A stretch of DNA of 64,000 bases, taken from NCBI RefSeq assembly GCF_009914755.1, contig NC_060930.1; one strand, 5' to 3'. This DNA comes from the human T2T-CHM13v2.0 reference genome, Homo sapiens. Below are positions 1-14,959 of the stretch, one piece after another. Below the pieces are notes generated by a model. The model made no database searches and was not told the origin of the DNA. It saw only the letters and a program-made list of their open reading frames with translations. Numbering within the stretch: position 1 is the first letter of the stretch; every line of letters begins with the position of its first letter. The position numbers were made by a program, and so were the translations under genes.

Positions 1-229
1 TGTTTTTTATCTTCCAATTTGGAAAAGATTTTCATGAGTTCCTAAAAATATTGTAGGCCATAGGTACCATATCTTCTGTACAACTGGTAGAAATATGATT
101 ATTAAATTATTAGTGCATTTTAATTTACATATATTCTATATCACATAGGGTATTATTGTTTTCATTTTGCAAATTCAATTATATTAGATTTGCCCTAATA
201 TTTTTCCTCTCCATTTCTCTTCTTTTGTT

Positions 230-1018
<789 letters not shown>

Positions 1019-1964
1019 CCCGCAGGCATTTTTAAGATAGGTCTTGAACTGAATAAATCAAATAAATACATGTCCTCATTTCTCTAGCACTGAGTTTGTG
1101 TAGATCTAGTGGGCAAGCTTCTTTATAAAATTGTAAGAAAGTGAGTTATTCTTGGTTGATTTTGCCTGTCTACCCCAAGGCCACTGCTCTACAAAACTTC
1201 AGAAAATTCTGTTCATATTGGATTTATGTTCTCCAGAGAGTACTAACCCCACAAGGTACAATGTGAACAGTGTTCCCTGAGAGTTGAAAATGACAGAGCT
1301 ACTTCTGTTAGTCACACTTATTATATCTCTAGAGGAGATATAATATCTTGAAAATAACATCTTGAAAAGAGCAAGTTTTTTGCCAAACAGGTCTGGATTA
1401 AAATCCTAGGTAAAATTTCAGACCAGTGGTGAGATTTTGAGCTCAAAATTAAGTATCTGAACCTCAGTTTCTTTAGTTGTAAGGTAAATATGATTAACTG
1501 GTAGGTTGTTATGAGAATTAATAATATATGAATATGGACATAATAGCAATAATTATGGAGCAGCTAACCCTTACACAGTGCTTGCCAGAGTATGCCAGGT
1601 ACTATTCTATATACTTGACCTACATTAACTTATTCAATTATCTTAATTACTCTATGAGTAAACGTTCTCTTATTAATCCATTTTATGTGTGAAAAAAATC
1701 ATCAGAGAGAAGGTAAATAATTTGTTTGATATAAATGGCTGTGCTGATATTGAAATTCAACTGTCTAACTCTAGAATCTGTGCTTCTAATCATAAGGATA
1801 TACTTTTCACATACGTATATGACAGATGCATACATCTGAATATATCGTTAATGATTAATATCATTAATGATTAACATATCATTAATTAATGATTATATCT
1901 GACTTATATAGATATTTCTTCAGAACTTTTGGCCTGGTGGCTATGAACAACAATGTAGCTTAAC

Positions 1965-4900
1965 TATCCAGAATTCTCAGCAGAAACCTTACAAGCCAGA
2001 AGGGATTGAGGTCTTATCTAAGCTTCCTTAAACAGAAAACAACTGTCAGCCAAGAATTTTGTATCCAGTGAAACTTAAGTTTCATAAATGAAGGAGAAAT
2101 AAAGTCATTTTCAGAAACAAATGATGAGGGGATTTGTCTCTAGCAGACTATCCCTACAAGAAATGCTAAAAGGAGTTCTAAATTCTGAAACAAAAGCTGA
2201 TCTGCACCAGAATAGAATCTCTTTACAGCATAAAACCCAAAAGGCCTATAAAACAATAACACAATGAAGAAAACAAAGTAGGTAACATGATGACTGGAAT
2301 AGTACCTGACATCTCAATATTCATATGGAAAGTGAATGGTCTAAATGCTCCACTTAAAAGATACAAAATGGCAGAATTAATAAAAAAAATCACAAAACAA
2401 ATATTTGCTGTCTTAAAGAGACTCACCTAACTCATAAGGATTCATATAAACTCAAGGTAAAAGGGTAGAAAAATATCTTACACACAAATGGAAACCAAAA
2501 GTGAGCAGGAGTAGCTATTCTTATATCATAAAACAGAGTTGAAAGCCACAACAGTATAAAAAGACAAAGGAGGTCATTATATTATGATTAAAACATCAAT
2601 CAAACAAGAAGATATTACAATACTAAATTTATGTGGACCTAACATTGGAGCTCCAAGATTTATTTACACATTTACTACTAGACCTAAGAAATGAGATAGA
2701 CAGCAACACAATAACAGTGGAAGGCTTCAACACTCCACTGACAGCAGTAGACAGATCATCCAGACAGAAAGTCAACAAAGAAACAATAAACTTAAACTAC
2801 ACTTTAGAACAAATGGATCTAACATATTTACAGAACATTCTACCCAAGAACTGCAGAATATACGGTCCTCTTATCAGCACATGAAACATTATCCAAGATA
2901 CACCGTATGATAGGCCACAAAAAAGTCTCAACAAATTTTTTAAAATTGATCAAGTATCTTATATTTAAAAATTATATCAAGTATCTTCTCAGACCACAAT
3001 GGAATAAAACTAGAAATCAACTACAAAAGGAACCATGAAAACTATCCAAATACATGGAAATTAATCTGCTCCAGAATGGGTTTTGGGTTAACAATGAAAT
3101 CAAGATTGAAATAAATAGTGACACAAGTTACCAAAACATCTGGGATACAGCAAAAGCAATGCTAAGAGGAAAGTTTATAGTACTAAGTGCCTATATCAAA
3201 AAGTCTGAAAGATCACAAATTGACAACCTAATGTCACACCTCAAGGAACTAGAGGAAAAAAAGAACAAACTAAACCCAAAGCTAGAAGAAGAAAGGAAAT
3301 AACAAAGATCAGAGTAGAACTAGATGAAATTGAAAGAATCACAGTACAAAAGATCAATGAAACAAAAGCCTGGCTCTTTGAAGAGATAAATTAGATGATT
3401 AGCTAGATTAACCAAAAAAAGAGGAGAGAAGATTCAAATAAAACACAATTAGAAATGAAATTGGAGACATTGTAACTAATACTACAGAAATACAAAAGAC
3501 CATTAGAGACTACTATGAACACCTCTATGCACATAAACTAGAAAAGCTAGAGGAAATGGACAAATTCCTGGAAACATACAACCCTTCTAGATTAAATTAG
3601 GAAAAAATAGAAACCCTGAACAGAGTAATAACAAGCAGTGAGATTAAATCAGTAATTTTAAAAAATTGCCAACAACAACAACAACAACAAAGCCCAGGGC
3701 CAGACAGATTCACAGCTAAATTCTACCAGACAATCAAAGAATTGGTGCCAATCCTACTGAAACTATTCCAAAAGATTGAGGAAGAGGGAATCCTCCTTAA
3801 CTCATTCTATGAAGCCAGTATCACCCTGATACCAAAATCAGAAAAGGCTATAACAGAAAAAGAAAAGTATAGATCAATATCCCTGATGAACATAGATGAA
3901 AAATCCTCCACAAAATTCTAGCTAACCAAATCCAGCAGTGCATCAAATAGATAGAATAATACACCATGATTAAGTGGGTATCATCCTAGGGATGCAAGCA
4001 TGGTTTAACATATGCAAGTCAATAAATGTGATATATAACATAAAGAGTTAAAAATAAAACCCATATGATCATTTCAACAGATACAGAAAATGCATTTGAT
4101 AAAATCCAGCATCCTTTGTAATAAATATCCCTAACAAATTAAGCATAGAAGGGACTTACCTCAAAATAATAAAAGTCACATATAGCAAACACAACCAACA
4201 TCATACGAAATAGGGAAAAGTTGAAAGCATTCCTCCTGACAACTGGAACAAGACAAGGATGCCCACTTTCACCACTTCTGGTTAACATTTTACTGGAATT
4301 CCTAGCCAGAGCAATTAGGCAAAATAAGGAAATAAAGAGCATTCAAACTGGAAAACAGGAAGTCAAAACCTAGGAAAAACTCTTCTGGACATTGGCCTAG
4401 GCAAAGAATTCATGATTAAGACCCCAAAAACAAATGCAAAAGAAACAAAAATAAATTAATGGGACCTAATTAAACTAAAAAGATCCTGTACAGCAAAAGA
4501 AATAATTATCAGAGTAAACAGATAACCCACAGAATGGGTGAAAAGAATTGCAAACTATGCATTGACAAAGAACTAATATCCACAATCTACAAGGAACTCA
4601 AACAAATCAGCAGGAAAAACATAATCTCATCAAAAAGTGGGCAATTGGCATGAATAGACATTTATCAAAAAAGAAAATATACAAATGGCCAATAAACATA
4701 AGAAAAAATGCTCAATATTACTAATTATCAGTGAAATGCAAATTAAAACCATAGTGAGATACTACCTTACTCCTGGAAGAATGGCCATTATTAAAAAGTT
4801 AAAAAACAATAGACATTGATGTGGATGTGGTAAAAAGAGATTGCTTAATACACTGCTGATGGGAATGTAAATTACTACAACTTCTATGGAAAACAGTATG

Positions 4901-6300
4901 GAGATTTCCAAAAGAATTGAAAGTAGATCTACCATTCGATCCAGAAATTCCACTACTGGGTATCTACCCAAAGGAAAATAAATCATTGTAAAAACAAACA
5001 GACAAAACACCTGCACATGTATATTTACTGCAGCACAATTCACAGTTGCAAAGATATGAAACCAACCTCAGTGCCCATCAACTGATGCGTGTATAAAGAA
5101 AATGCGGTATATATACACAATTGAATACCACTCAGCCATTAAAAAGAAGGAAATAACGTCTTTTGCAGTAACTTGGATGAAGCGGGAGACCATTATTCTA
5201 AGTGAAGTAACTCAGGAATGGAAAACCAAATGCCGTATGTTTTTTAAAATTATTATTTCAATAATTTTGGGGGAACAGGTGGTATTTGGTTACAGGGATA
5301 CATTCTTTAGTGAGGATATTTGAGATTTTGGTGCACCCATCATCTGAGCAGTGCACATTGCACCCAATGTGTAGTATTTTAACCCTCACTCCCCTCCCAC
5401 CCTTTTCCCTGAGTCCGTAGAGTCCATTATGTTATTTTTATACCTATGTCCTCATTGTTTAGCTCCCCAGTTATAAGTGAGAACATAGAATGTTTGATTT
5501 TCCATTCCTGAGTTACAAGTTACTTTGCTTAGAATAATGGTCTCCAACTTCATCCAGGTTACTGTGAATGGCATTATTTTGTTTCTTTTTATGGCTGAGT
5601 AGTATTCCATAATATATATATCACCACATTTTCTTTATCTACTTACTGTTTGATGGGCATTTAGGCTGGTTCCATATTTTTGCAATTGCGAATTGTGCTG
5701 CTATAAACATGCATGTGCAAGTGTCTTTTTCATATAATGACTTCTTTTCCTCTGGGTAGATACCCAGTAGTGGGATTGCTGGGTCAAATGGTATTCTACT
5801 TCTAGTTCTTTAAGGAATCTCCACACTGTCTTCCATAGTGGTTGTACTCGTTTACATTCCCACCAACAGTGTAAAGGTGTTCCCTTTTCACCACACCCAT
5901 GCCAACATCTATTATTATTTTGTTTTTTAATTATGGCCATTCTTGCAGGAGTAAGGTGGTATCACATTGTGCTTATGATATGCGTTTCCCTGATTATTAG
6001 TGATGTGGAGCATTTTTTCTTATGTTTGCCACCAAATGCCATATGTTTTTCACTTATAAGTGGGAGCTAAGCTATGGGTATACAAAGGCATACAGAGTGA
6101 TATAATGAACTATGGAGACTGAGAGGGGAGAAAATGGGAGGACGGGCAAGGGATAAAAAAAACCACCTATTGGGTACAATGTACACTATTCCCCTGATGG
6201 ATGCACTAAAATCTTAGACATCACCACTGTCAATTCATCCATGTAATTAAAAACCACTTGTATTCCAAAAGCTATTGAAAAAAGAAGAATTTTTTTAAAA
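1965..6300 (+). mobile_element. L1 (L1PB/L1MA-like): ORF1 end, degraded ORF2 with internal deletion near 4370, 3'UTR; interrupted by a nested L1
   Basis: ORF2 endonuclease/RT remnants (ORFs 2633..2884 and 3054..3302, e.g. [13 protein letters not shown]); A-rich tail near 6280. Confidence 0.9.
5245..6030 (-). mobile_element. Nested L1PB-type 3' end
   Basis: L1PB-like 3'UTR; TSD ACCAAATGCC(G/A)TATGTTTTT at 5225-5244 and 6031-6050. Confidence 0.9.
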
Positions 6301-6304
6301 AAAA

Positions 6305-7180
6305 TTCAGAGTTAACAAGGAACTCCAACTTAACAACAACAAAATATAAATAACCACATTAAAAAAGTGGAAAAAAGACATAAATAGACATTTTCAAAAG
6401 AAGACATACAAATGGACAATAAGCATATGAAAAAACTTTCAACATCACTAATCCTCAGAGTAGTGCAAATTAAAACCACGATGAGATAACATCTTGTACC
6501 AGTCAGAATGATTATTATTAAAGTCAAAAACCAACAGATGTTGATGAGGTTGCACAGAAAAAGCAATGCTTATACACTGTTAGTGGAAATGTAAATTAGT
6601 ACAACCTCTATGGAAAACAGTATGGAGATTTCTCAAAGAACTACAGATAGAACTACCATTAGATCCTGCAATTCTGTTACTGGGTGTCTACTCAAAGGAA
6701 AAGATATTATTGTATCAAAAAAGATATCTGCACTCATGTGTTTATTGCAACACTATTCACAGTAGCAAAGACATCAGCCTAAGTGTCCATCAACAGATGA
6801 TTGGATGAGGAAAATGAGGTTCATATGCACAATGGAATACTACTCTGCCATAAAAAAGAATGAAATCATGTCTTTTTCAGCAACATGGATGGAAATAAAG
6901 GCCCTTGTCTTAAGTGAAACAACTCAGAAACAGAAAACCAAATACTGCAAGTTCTCAGTTATAAAGTAAGAACTAAATAATGTATACACATGGACAGAGT
7001 GTAGAATAACAGACATTAGAGACTTGGAAGAGTGGGAGGAGGGTGAGGGTTAAAAAATTACTTAATAGGTATGATGTACATTATTCAGGTAATGGTTACC
7101 CTAAAAACCCAAACTTCACCACTACATAATATATTCACTTAACAAAACTGTATTTGCATGCCTTAAATTTATACAAAAGC
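6305..7180 (+). mobile_element. L1MA-type 3' fragment
   Basis: ORF2 C-terminal region and 3'UTR. Confidence 0.85.
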
Positions 7181-7269
7181 AAGCAACTTTTAGCAACGCT
7201 TTTGAGAGCTTGGATTTAAGAAAGAAAAAGATTTTTAAAAACTCTCCCTAGTTACAGTGAACTATCCAC

Positions 7270-9160
7270 ACACACACACACAAAATCAATGAAACAATCC
7301 CATATATAATAGTTACAAGAAAAAAATTCTTAAAATAAATTTAACTGAATAGTTGAAAGACCACAATGAAAACTAAAATGTTGGTGGAAGATATTGAAGA
7401 AGACACAAACAAATGTAAAGATATCCTGTGCTTATGGATAGGAAGAATTAATGTTGTTAAAATGTCTGTACGATCCAAAGCAATCTAAAGATTCAATGCA
7501 ATCCTTATCAAAATTCCCATGACATGTTTCGCAGAAATAGAAAAACATCTTACAATTTCTATGGAAGTACAAAAGGTCCCAAATAACCAAAGTAATCTTA
7601 AACCAAAATAACAAAACTGGAGGCAGCACACTATCTGACTTCAAAATATACTTCAAAGTTTTAATAATAAAAATAACATGATACTAGAATGAAAATAGAT
7701 ACATAGACCAATGGAGCAGAATAGAGAGTCCAGAAATAAATCCAACATTTAGGGTGAATTGATTTTTGACAGAGGTGCCAAGAACACAACATGAGGGAAG
7801 GATGGTGTCTTCAATAAATGCTGTTGGGACAACTGGGTATCCACATGCAGAAGAATGGAATTACACTCATCGCGTGCCTTATATAAAAATCAACTCAAAA
7901 TGGATTAAAGACTTAAACATAAGACCTGAAACTGTAAAACTACTAGAAGAAAACAGGGGACAAGCTCTATGACTTTGACCTGGGCAATGATTTTTTTGGT
8001 TAGGATCACAAAAGCACACGCAATGAAAGCAAAGACAGACAAATGGGATTATATCAAACTAAACAGCTTCTGCACAGGAAAAGAAACAATCAACAGACTG
8101 AAGAGGCAACCTGAAGAATAGGAGAAAATATCTGTAGACTATACATATAATAAGCGGTTAATATCCAAAGAATACAAGGAACTCAAACTCAATAACAAGA
8201 AAACAACCCAATTAAAAAATGGGCAAAGGACCTGAATAGACATTTCTCAAAAAAAGATATACTATCAACAGGTATATGAAAACAATGCCCAACACCACTA
8301 ATCATCAGGGAAATTCAAATTAAAACCACAATGAGATATCCCCCTACACCTCTTAGAGTGTCTGTTATCAAAAATACAAAAGGTAAGTGTTGATGGGGAT
8401 GTGGAAAAAAGGGGAACTTTTGCATACCATTGGTGGGAATGTAAATTAGTACAGCTGTTACGGAAAACAGTATGGATGTTCCTCAAAAAATTAAAAGTAT
8501 AACCACTATATGATCCAGCAATTCCACTCCTGGGTGTCTATCCAAAGGAAATGAAGTGAGAATGTCAAAAGAGATATCTGCACTACCATGTTCATTGCAG
8601 CATTATTCACAATAGCCAAGACATAGGATCAACCTAAGTGTCCATCAGCAGATGAATGGCATAACAAACATGTGGTATATATACACAATGGGATACTATT
8701 GAGCCTAAAAATGAAGGAAATCAAGTCATTTGTGACAACTTGAATGAACCTGGAGGACATTAAGTGAAATAAGTCAGACACAGAAAGACAAACACTGCAT
8801 GATCTCACTTACATGTGGAATCTTACAAAATTGGACTTAGAATTAGAGTAGAATAGTGATTACCAGGCACTGGGAGTGAGATGTTAGCCAAAAGATACCA
8901 AATTTTATTTATATATGAGGAATAAGCTTAAGAGATCTATTGTATAACACAGTGACTATAGTATAAAACAATGTATTATATTCTTGAAAATTCCTAAGAG
9001 TAAATTTTGTGTTCCCACACACACAAAAATGCTAAGTGTGTGAGGTAATGCATATGTTACTTTGCTCGATTTTAGCCATTCCACAAAGTATCCATATTTT
9101 AAATCATCATGTTGTGCACAATAAATATATACAATATTTATTTGTTAAAGGTTAAAAAAA
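7270..9160 (+). mobile_element. L1MA-type 3' fragment (about 1.9 kb)
   Basis: ORF2 remnant ([23 protein letters not shown]), 3'UTR, A tail near 9155. Confidence 0.88.
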
Positions 9161-9180
9161 AGCGTATAAACAAATCCTAC

Positions 9181-9328
9181 CTGGGAGCAATATCCAAGCC
9201 ATTTATAAACACTCCACCCAAGCAAAAGCTGCCTGTTGCACCAGCAAGTATTAGGAAAATGACAATGCTGTAGAAGGTGGAACTCAGGTAAGGCAGGCAG
9301 ACACCAAAGATTGCAGGAAGGAGAAATC
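9181..9328 (-). CDS. SLC17A1: SLC17A1 exon 10 (FLLPAIFG...NGLDIAPR)
   Basis: 148 nt; CCCAG| and CAG|GTAGGA; conserved D-I-A-P motif. Confidence 0.96.
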
Positions 9329-9420
9329 CTGGGGAGTGATTCAGACAACATAGTCAGGTGCATCCTAAAGATAGGGGAGAAGTATCTCCCAAGTGCTTAA
9401 ATGTTCTGGCTGTTGCTTAC

Positions 9421-9553
9421 CTGCTGCTGTGAAGAGTTTCCGGACAGCAATTACGCTGAGAATATTCCTGGTCAGGAAGAAGTCTGATAACTGACCTGCT
9501 AGGTTACCACAGATCCAGGCAAACAAATAGGGAAGGGAAGACAAGAACCCATT
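9421..9553 (-). CDS. SLC17A1: SLC17A1 exon 9 (NGFLSSLPY...RKLFTAA)
   Basis: 133 nt; TTCAG| and CAG|GTAAGC; overlaps ORF 9365..9568. Confidence 0.96.
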
Positions 9554-10613
9554 CTGAAGAGGAAACATTATTCTTGGAGTGAGTTTGATGGGTAAAGCAG
9601 TACTGACACACAGAGTAATCCCTATGCTAAAATTTATTATCTAAAATGTGTACTTTCATATAGGAAATCATCAACATACAACAACAGAATTACTGCTGGG
9701 ACCACATTACCCAAAAGAAAGAGAAAAATAGCTTTGAGGTCAGTAATATTTGTCATAATCTGTCAAATCTTCCAATTTCAGTATCATGAAACGTAAAAGC
9801 ACTGGATAATAGAGGAGGAAGACTACATTGGGAATAGGAAATACCGGCCCTGGGGAAAATGATAGGATAAAGATGACAATTACAGACATGCGTATGGTGC
9901 TTACACTGGACCAGCTGCTACCAGTCCTTGCAGCAACTTCAGGGTTTCATGAAGTATAAAATTGAGTCAGAGAGAGTTTATAAGACCTTACTGGTATGCC
10001 AGCCCCTAGGCTGATTTACTGGAAGCTCATTACAGAATGCGGCAAAGTGGTAAGCCCAGACAGACTCCATTTCTAAAGGAGTCTTGTCTTGTCTGGTTAT
10101 TATGGTATTGAACAATAGGAGTTTGCCCGTATCAGTGATTCTCCAAGCCAGATGAGCAATGGGTATGCCAGTCCTTCCAAAGTAAGACTTGAGTCTTGGC
10201 TTCATAGCCCAGACTCATTGCCTTACTTTGGAGAGGATTGGTAAAAGCTTGGCAGAGTGACAGGGCCCGGCTAAGTGACTTTCATAGGAGGCCCCCAGTC
10301 CCTGCAGGGAATGGTGGTGTTGAGCCTTAAGTAATATACAAAGGGAGTCACATAGTCAATGGGAGATGGCAAATGTGCGGAAATATAGATGCATGTGTGC
10401 TGTTGCTGGAGTGCCAGACACTTATGTCTACATCAATGCCTTCTGTTTTGGGCAATGTTCATAGAAAGAGCAGAAACAGTTAGTTTCCAGGTGAAGAGCA
10501 GTAGCCAGATAGTGTGAGGAGCTGGCAAGAGCTGCGACTAGGGTCGTTAGAGACAGACAAATGTACACAGAGTCTTTCGTGAAGTTAAAAAAAAGAACAA
10601 ATAGTATACTTAC

Positions 10614-10775
10614 CTCTTTTATATTAACATGAAGCATGGAGTTGATAAACATTGGAGTGTATAGTGTCATGATGTTATGTGACCAGAAAAACGTAAAACT
10701 ACCAATGGAAATAGCCCAGACTGGAAGCGACTTAAGTATAGCCTTGATAGGCAGAGATTGTCTACTTGAACTGAC
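10614..10775 (-). CDS. SLC17A1: SLC17A1 exon 8 (VSSSRQSLPIKA...HVNIKE)
   Basis: 162 nt; TCCAG| and GAG|GTAAGT; overlaps ORF 10428..10670. Confidence 0.96.
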
Positions 10776-10877
10776 CTGGAGAGAAATTCATTAAGAATTA
10801 GCACATTAGAACAAACTGGAACATGTTTAGTTTGGAGTAGAATCTGGGAGATGCCAATATGGAGAACTGTGTTCTAC

Positions 10878-10996
10878 CTGCTGGACCAGGGAGGATGTGA
10901 TGTATTCCTTTTCACTGATGCTTATACATGGGTGGTCTTTGGGGTCATCATAAAACAGAACGAACCAGAGAAGACATACGGCACAGCCACAAGCAC
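10878..10996 (-). CDS. SLC17A1: SLC17A1 exon 7 (ACGCAV...YDDPKDHPCIS...LVQQ)
   Basis: 119 nt; GATAG| and CAG|GTAGAA. Confidence 0.96.
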
Positions 10997-11344
10997 CTAT
11001 CAAAGCAGGGTAAGTTAGAATTGGAAGTCTCTGTTTGTAGTGGATCTCTTTCCCAGAATGGCATTTTTCAATGTATCAGTCTGAGAAACTGGACCTCCTC
11101 TTTCTTTTTTGAAACTTTTCAACAAGACTTGTGTTTTTCAGTCCTCCTTTTATCCACAGGGACCCCTCCCTACTAGAAATGGGATAAGGCCTATGCCCTT
11201 TCCTGATCTCCTATCCTCTGCTCCCTCCACTCCTGACAGCTGGACCTCCCTGCCCTCAGGCCCTCATCTTTTCAAATTCCTCATGTGTTCCACCATAAGA
11301 GGATGGCACAGCTGAGCCTGCACAGGGCTTGACAATTGCCCAGT

Positions 11345-11805
11345 TGTTTTGTTTTGTTTTGTTTTTAATGTTTAAGTTCAGGGATACAAGTGCAGTTTAT
11401 TTATATAGGTAAACTTGTGTCATATGGGTTTATTGTACAGATTATTTCATCACCCAGGTATTAAGCCTAGTATCCATTAGTTATTTTTCCTGATCCTCTC
11501 CCTCTTCCCACCCTCTACCCAGTGGTAGAAGGTGTTCCCCTCAGTGTGTGTTGTTCCCCTCTACGTGTTCACGTGTTCTCATCATTTAGCTCCCACTTAC
11601 AAATGAGAACATGCGGTATTTAGTTTTCTGTTACTGTGTTAGTTTGCTAAGGAGAATGGCCCCCAGCTCCATCCATTTCCCTGCAAAGGACACGATCTCC
11701 TTCTTTTTATGGCTGCATAGTATTCAATGGTGTATATGTACCATATTTTGTTTATCCAGTCTATCATTGATGGGCATTTAGGTTGACTCCATGTCTTTGC
11801 TATTA
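11345..11805 (-). mobile_element. L1PA-type 3' end
   Basis: (GTTTT)n tail then L1PA 3'UTR; imperfect TSD around CCCAGTT. Confidence 0.85.
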
Positions 11806-11989
11806 TCACCCAGTTTTGACAGCTTAGCCTCAGCTATGTTCCTGAGATACAGCCCAGGCTTCAGGGATTATTGGAGTTCTATAAGAGTTTGACAAATTGT
11901 TTCTATGAGTTTTTTATATGAATAATTTGACTGTGAGGAATTCTCTGCTGGGACAGAAAGTATATAGTGCTCATCAGTCTTCCAGAAGA

Positions 11990-12260
11990 CTTGCATTCAT
12001 TTGACAAATATTGATTAAGTGCTGATTATTTACCATGCACCTATTTTAAGTACTGGGGATACAGCAGTGAATAAAACAGACAAAAGTCCCTGCCTTTATG
12101 GAGTTGACTTTGTAGTGGACAAAAAAGAAAAAAATTATTTTATTCAATCAACTTCCCAAAAATTCATATAATACTGTTTATTATCTCTTTTTCAAAATGA
12201 GCAAACTGAGACTCAGAAAGATCAAATTATTTGTGGGACACAAATGTTAGTGAGTGGTAG
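11990..12260. mobile_element. L2 3' end plus MIR fragment
   Basis: CATTCATTTGACAAATATTGATTAAGTGC (L2 tail) and GCAAACTGAGACTCAGAAAG (MIR core). Confidence 0.6.
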
Positions 12261-12471
12261 TTTACCCATAAGCATGAATTATATTGTCCAGGGAGAAACT
12301 ACACCCCTAGATGGCGAGGCTGGGGTGCTGGAAATAAAAATACTATAATAGAAATAAAGAATGCCTTTGATGCATCAGTAGACTAGACATGACCAAGAAA
12401 AAATCAGTGAGCTTGATAAAATGGCTATAGAAATTTCTAAAACTGAATTGCCAAGACAGAAAAAAGAACTA

Positions 12472-12825
<354 letters not shown>

Positions 12826-12914
12826 CTAAGAACTGTAGGACAATTATAAAAGCTGTAATATACATGTAATAAAAAAAATCACAAGGTGTGATATACATGT
12901 AAAGAAACATACTG

Positions 12915-13060
12915 GAAGGAAGGAAGAAAGAAATAGAGAAAGAGAGAAAGAGAAAAAAAAGAAAAAAGAGAAAGAAAGGAAGAAAGAAAAAGCAAGGAAG
13001 GGAGGGAGGTAGCAAGGGAGGGAGGAATGAAGGGAGGGAGGGAGGGGAAAGAAAAAAATT
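12915..13060 (+). repeat. GA-rich low-complexity tract
   Basis: GAAA/GGAA/GGAG repeats. Confidence 0.85.
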
Positions 13061-13187
13061 AGAAAAAATATTTAAAGCAATAATTACTGAGAATTTCTTA
13101 AAATTAATAATAAACCTCAAACCACAGATATAGGAAGCCCAGAGAATGCCAAGAATAAATAAAAAAAAAAGTTACAACCTGACATGT

Positions 13188-13869
13188 TGTAACCAAATGA
13201 CCCCAGTTTTTTAAGAAAACGGGAATGAAGTACTATTTTTTGTTTTCTGAGACGAATTACTATTTTTTAAAGCTTTCTCTTCTTTTCCCCTTTCCCCTTT
13301 TCCTCTTGCTCCTCATTTCCAACTTAGCCCTTCAGAAATGCAAATACAACGTTTCACCTCCTCCCCTCACCAGACATTCGCTATAGGAAAAATTCTCCTA
13401 ACTACGTGCTTCAAGACACAGCTCTCCTCCAGAGCTGACAGTCAATTTGCAGACCAAATTGCCAGGGAACTTTCATCTCTAGGGCGTGGCCTCGGAACTT
13501 CCACTCTCCAGGAGTGGTCTTGGAACTTTCTTCCACCTGGAGAGCATATTGAAAACATGCCCTTTTTGGTCACTTTTTCAATCTACTTCTGTCCATGTAA
13601 GTGCTACCTCAACTGTGCAGTAGATAACTGCCCGGTAGCAAGGGGACCCCTGCCCTTGCTCATTTCCTCCCCTACCATATGAAAATGCTTACTTTTTTTT
13701 TTTTTTTGCCACTTCAGCTCCAAAGGTGAAACGGCACAGTTAAAAGCAAGAAATTTTGTGTCCCTTCCCCAAGCTAGCTTTGGAATAAATCCACTTTTCT
13801 TGTACCAGACCCCACTCTTGTTAATTGGACTCTACATGTGGTAAGCAACTAACTTGATTTTCGGTTACA
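13188..13869 (+). mobile_element. Solo LTR, probably ERV1 class
   Basis: Inverted termini TGTAACC...GGTTACA, AATAAA near 13784, 4-bp TSD ATGT/ATAT, interrupts L1 ORF1. Confidence 0.85.
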
Positions 13870-14597
13870 ATATAATATTCAACTTCAGTAAATCAAAGAC
13901 AATTTTGAAAGAAGCCAAAGGGAAAAAAATGACCTGAAGAGTCCTGTTTAAATTTAGAATTCTGAACACAAATCTCTGGCGACTAGACTGAAGCTTGACC
14001 TATTCCTACCCAGACCCATTCCCACCTCACTAGGTACTTTGAATGGATATATGTGGAAACTCTTGGCTTCCCCATTGTGCACCATTCATATCTTATGCAA
14101 ATAGTGCCTCCTACCTCCCTTGGTCACTCCCCAGTTGAATGGATGTTGGGAAGAGCCCTGCTGGTCTTTTCCAATATAACCAATAGCCTTGGTTCTATTT
14201 AAGCAAGACATTCCAGGCATGATGATTAGAAGCAGAGCCATGGGCTCTACTGAGCCTACTGTCTTGGCACCTGCCCTATGAAGACAGCCTAGCTAGAGAG
14301 GGGCTAGAATGGGCTATCCACAGTGTGGAATCTAGGGCAAGCGCCCTCTGGCCTGGGCCTCAGGGCAGCGGTGACAGAAGCCATAAGTGATCTTGGCAAT
14401 AGCTGTGTTTGATGCCACATACACTAGTCAGATGTGAGTTAAGGAGAGCGTGAGATGCTAGGAAATGTAGGCAATGGGTACAGACAGATTATGCAATGAT
14501 TTCAATGGTCAAAGGGAGGTTACTTGAGACAGAAGACAGGGAAAGGGAATCATTTTAGAGATTTGAGAAGAGTTAAGAAGTTTGAAATAGTCTTTAG

Positions 14598-14959
<362 letters not shown>

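Noticed and set aside
2633-8486. L1 ORF fragments as functional ORF2
   Set aside because: Many stops and frameshifts, a large internal deletion and no 5'UTR
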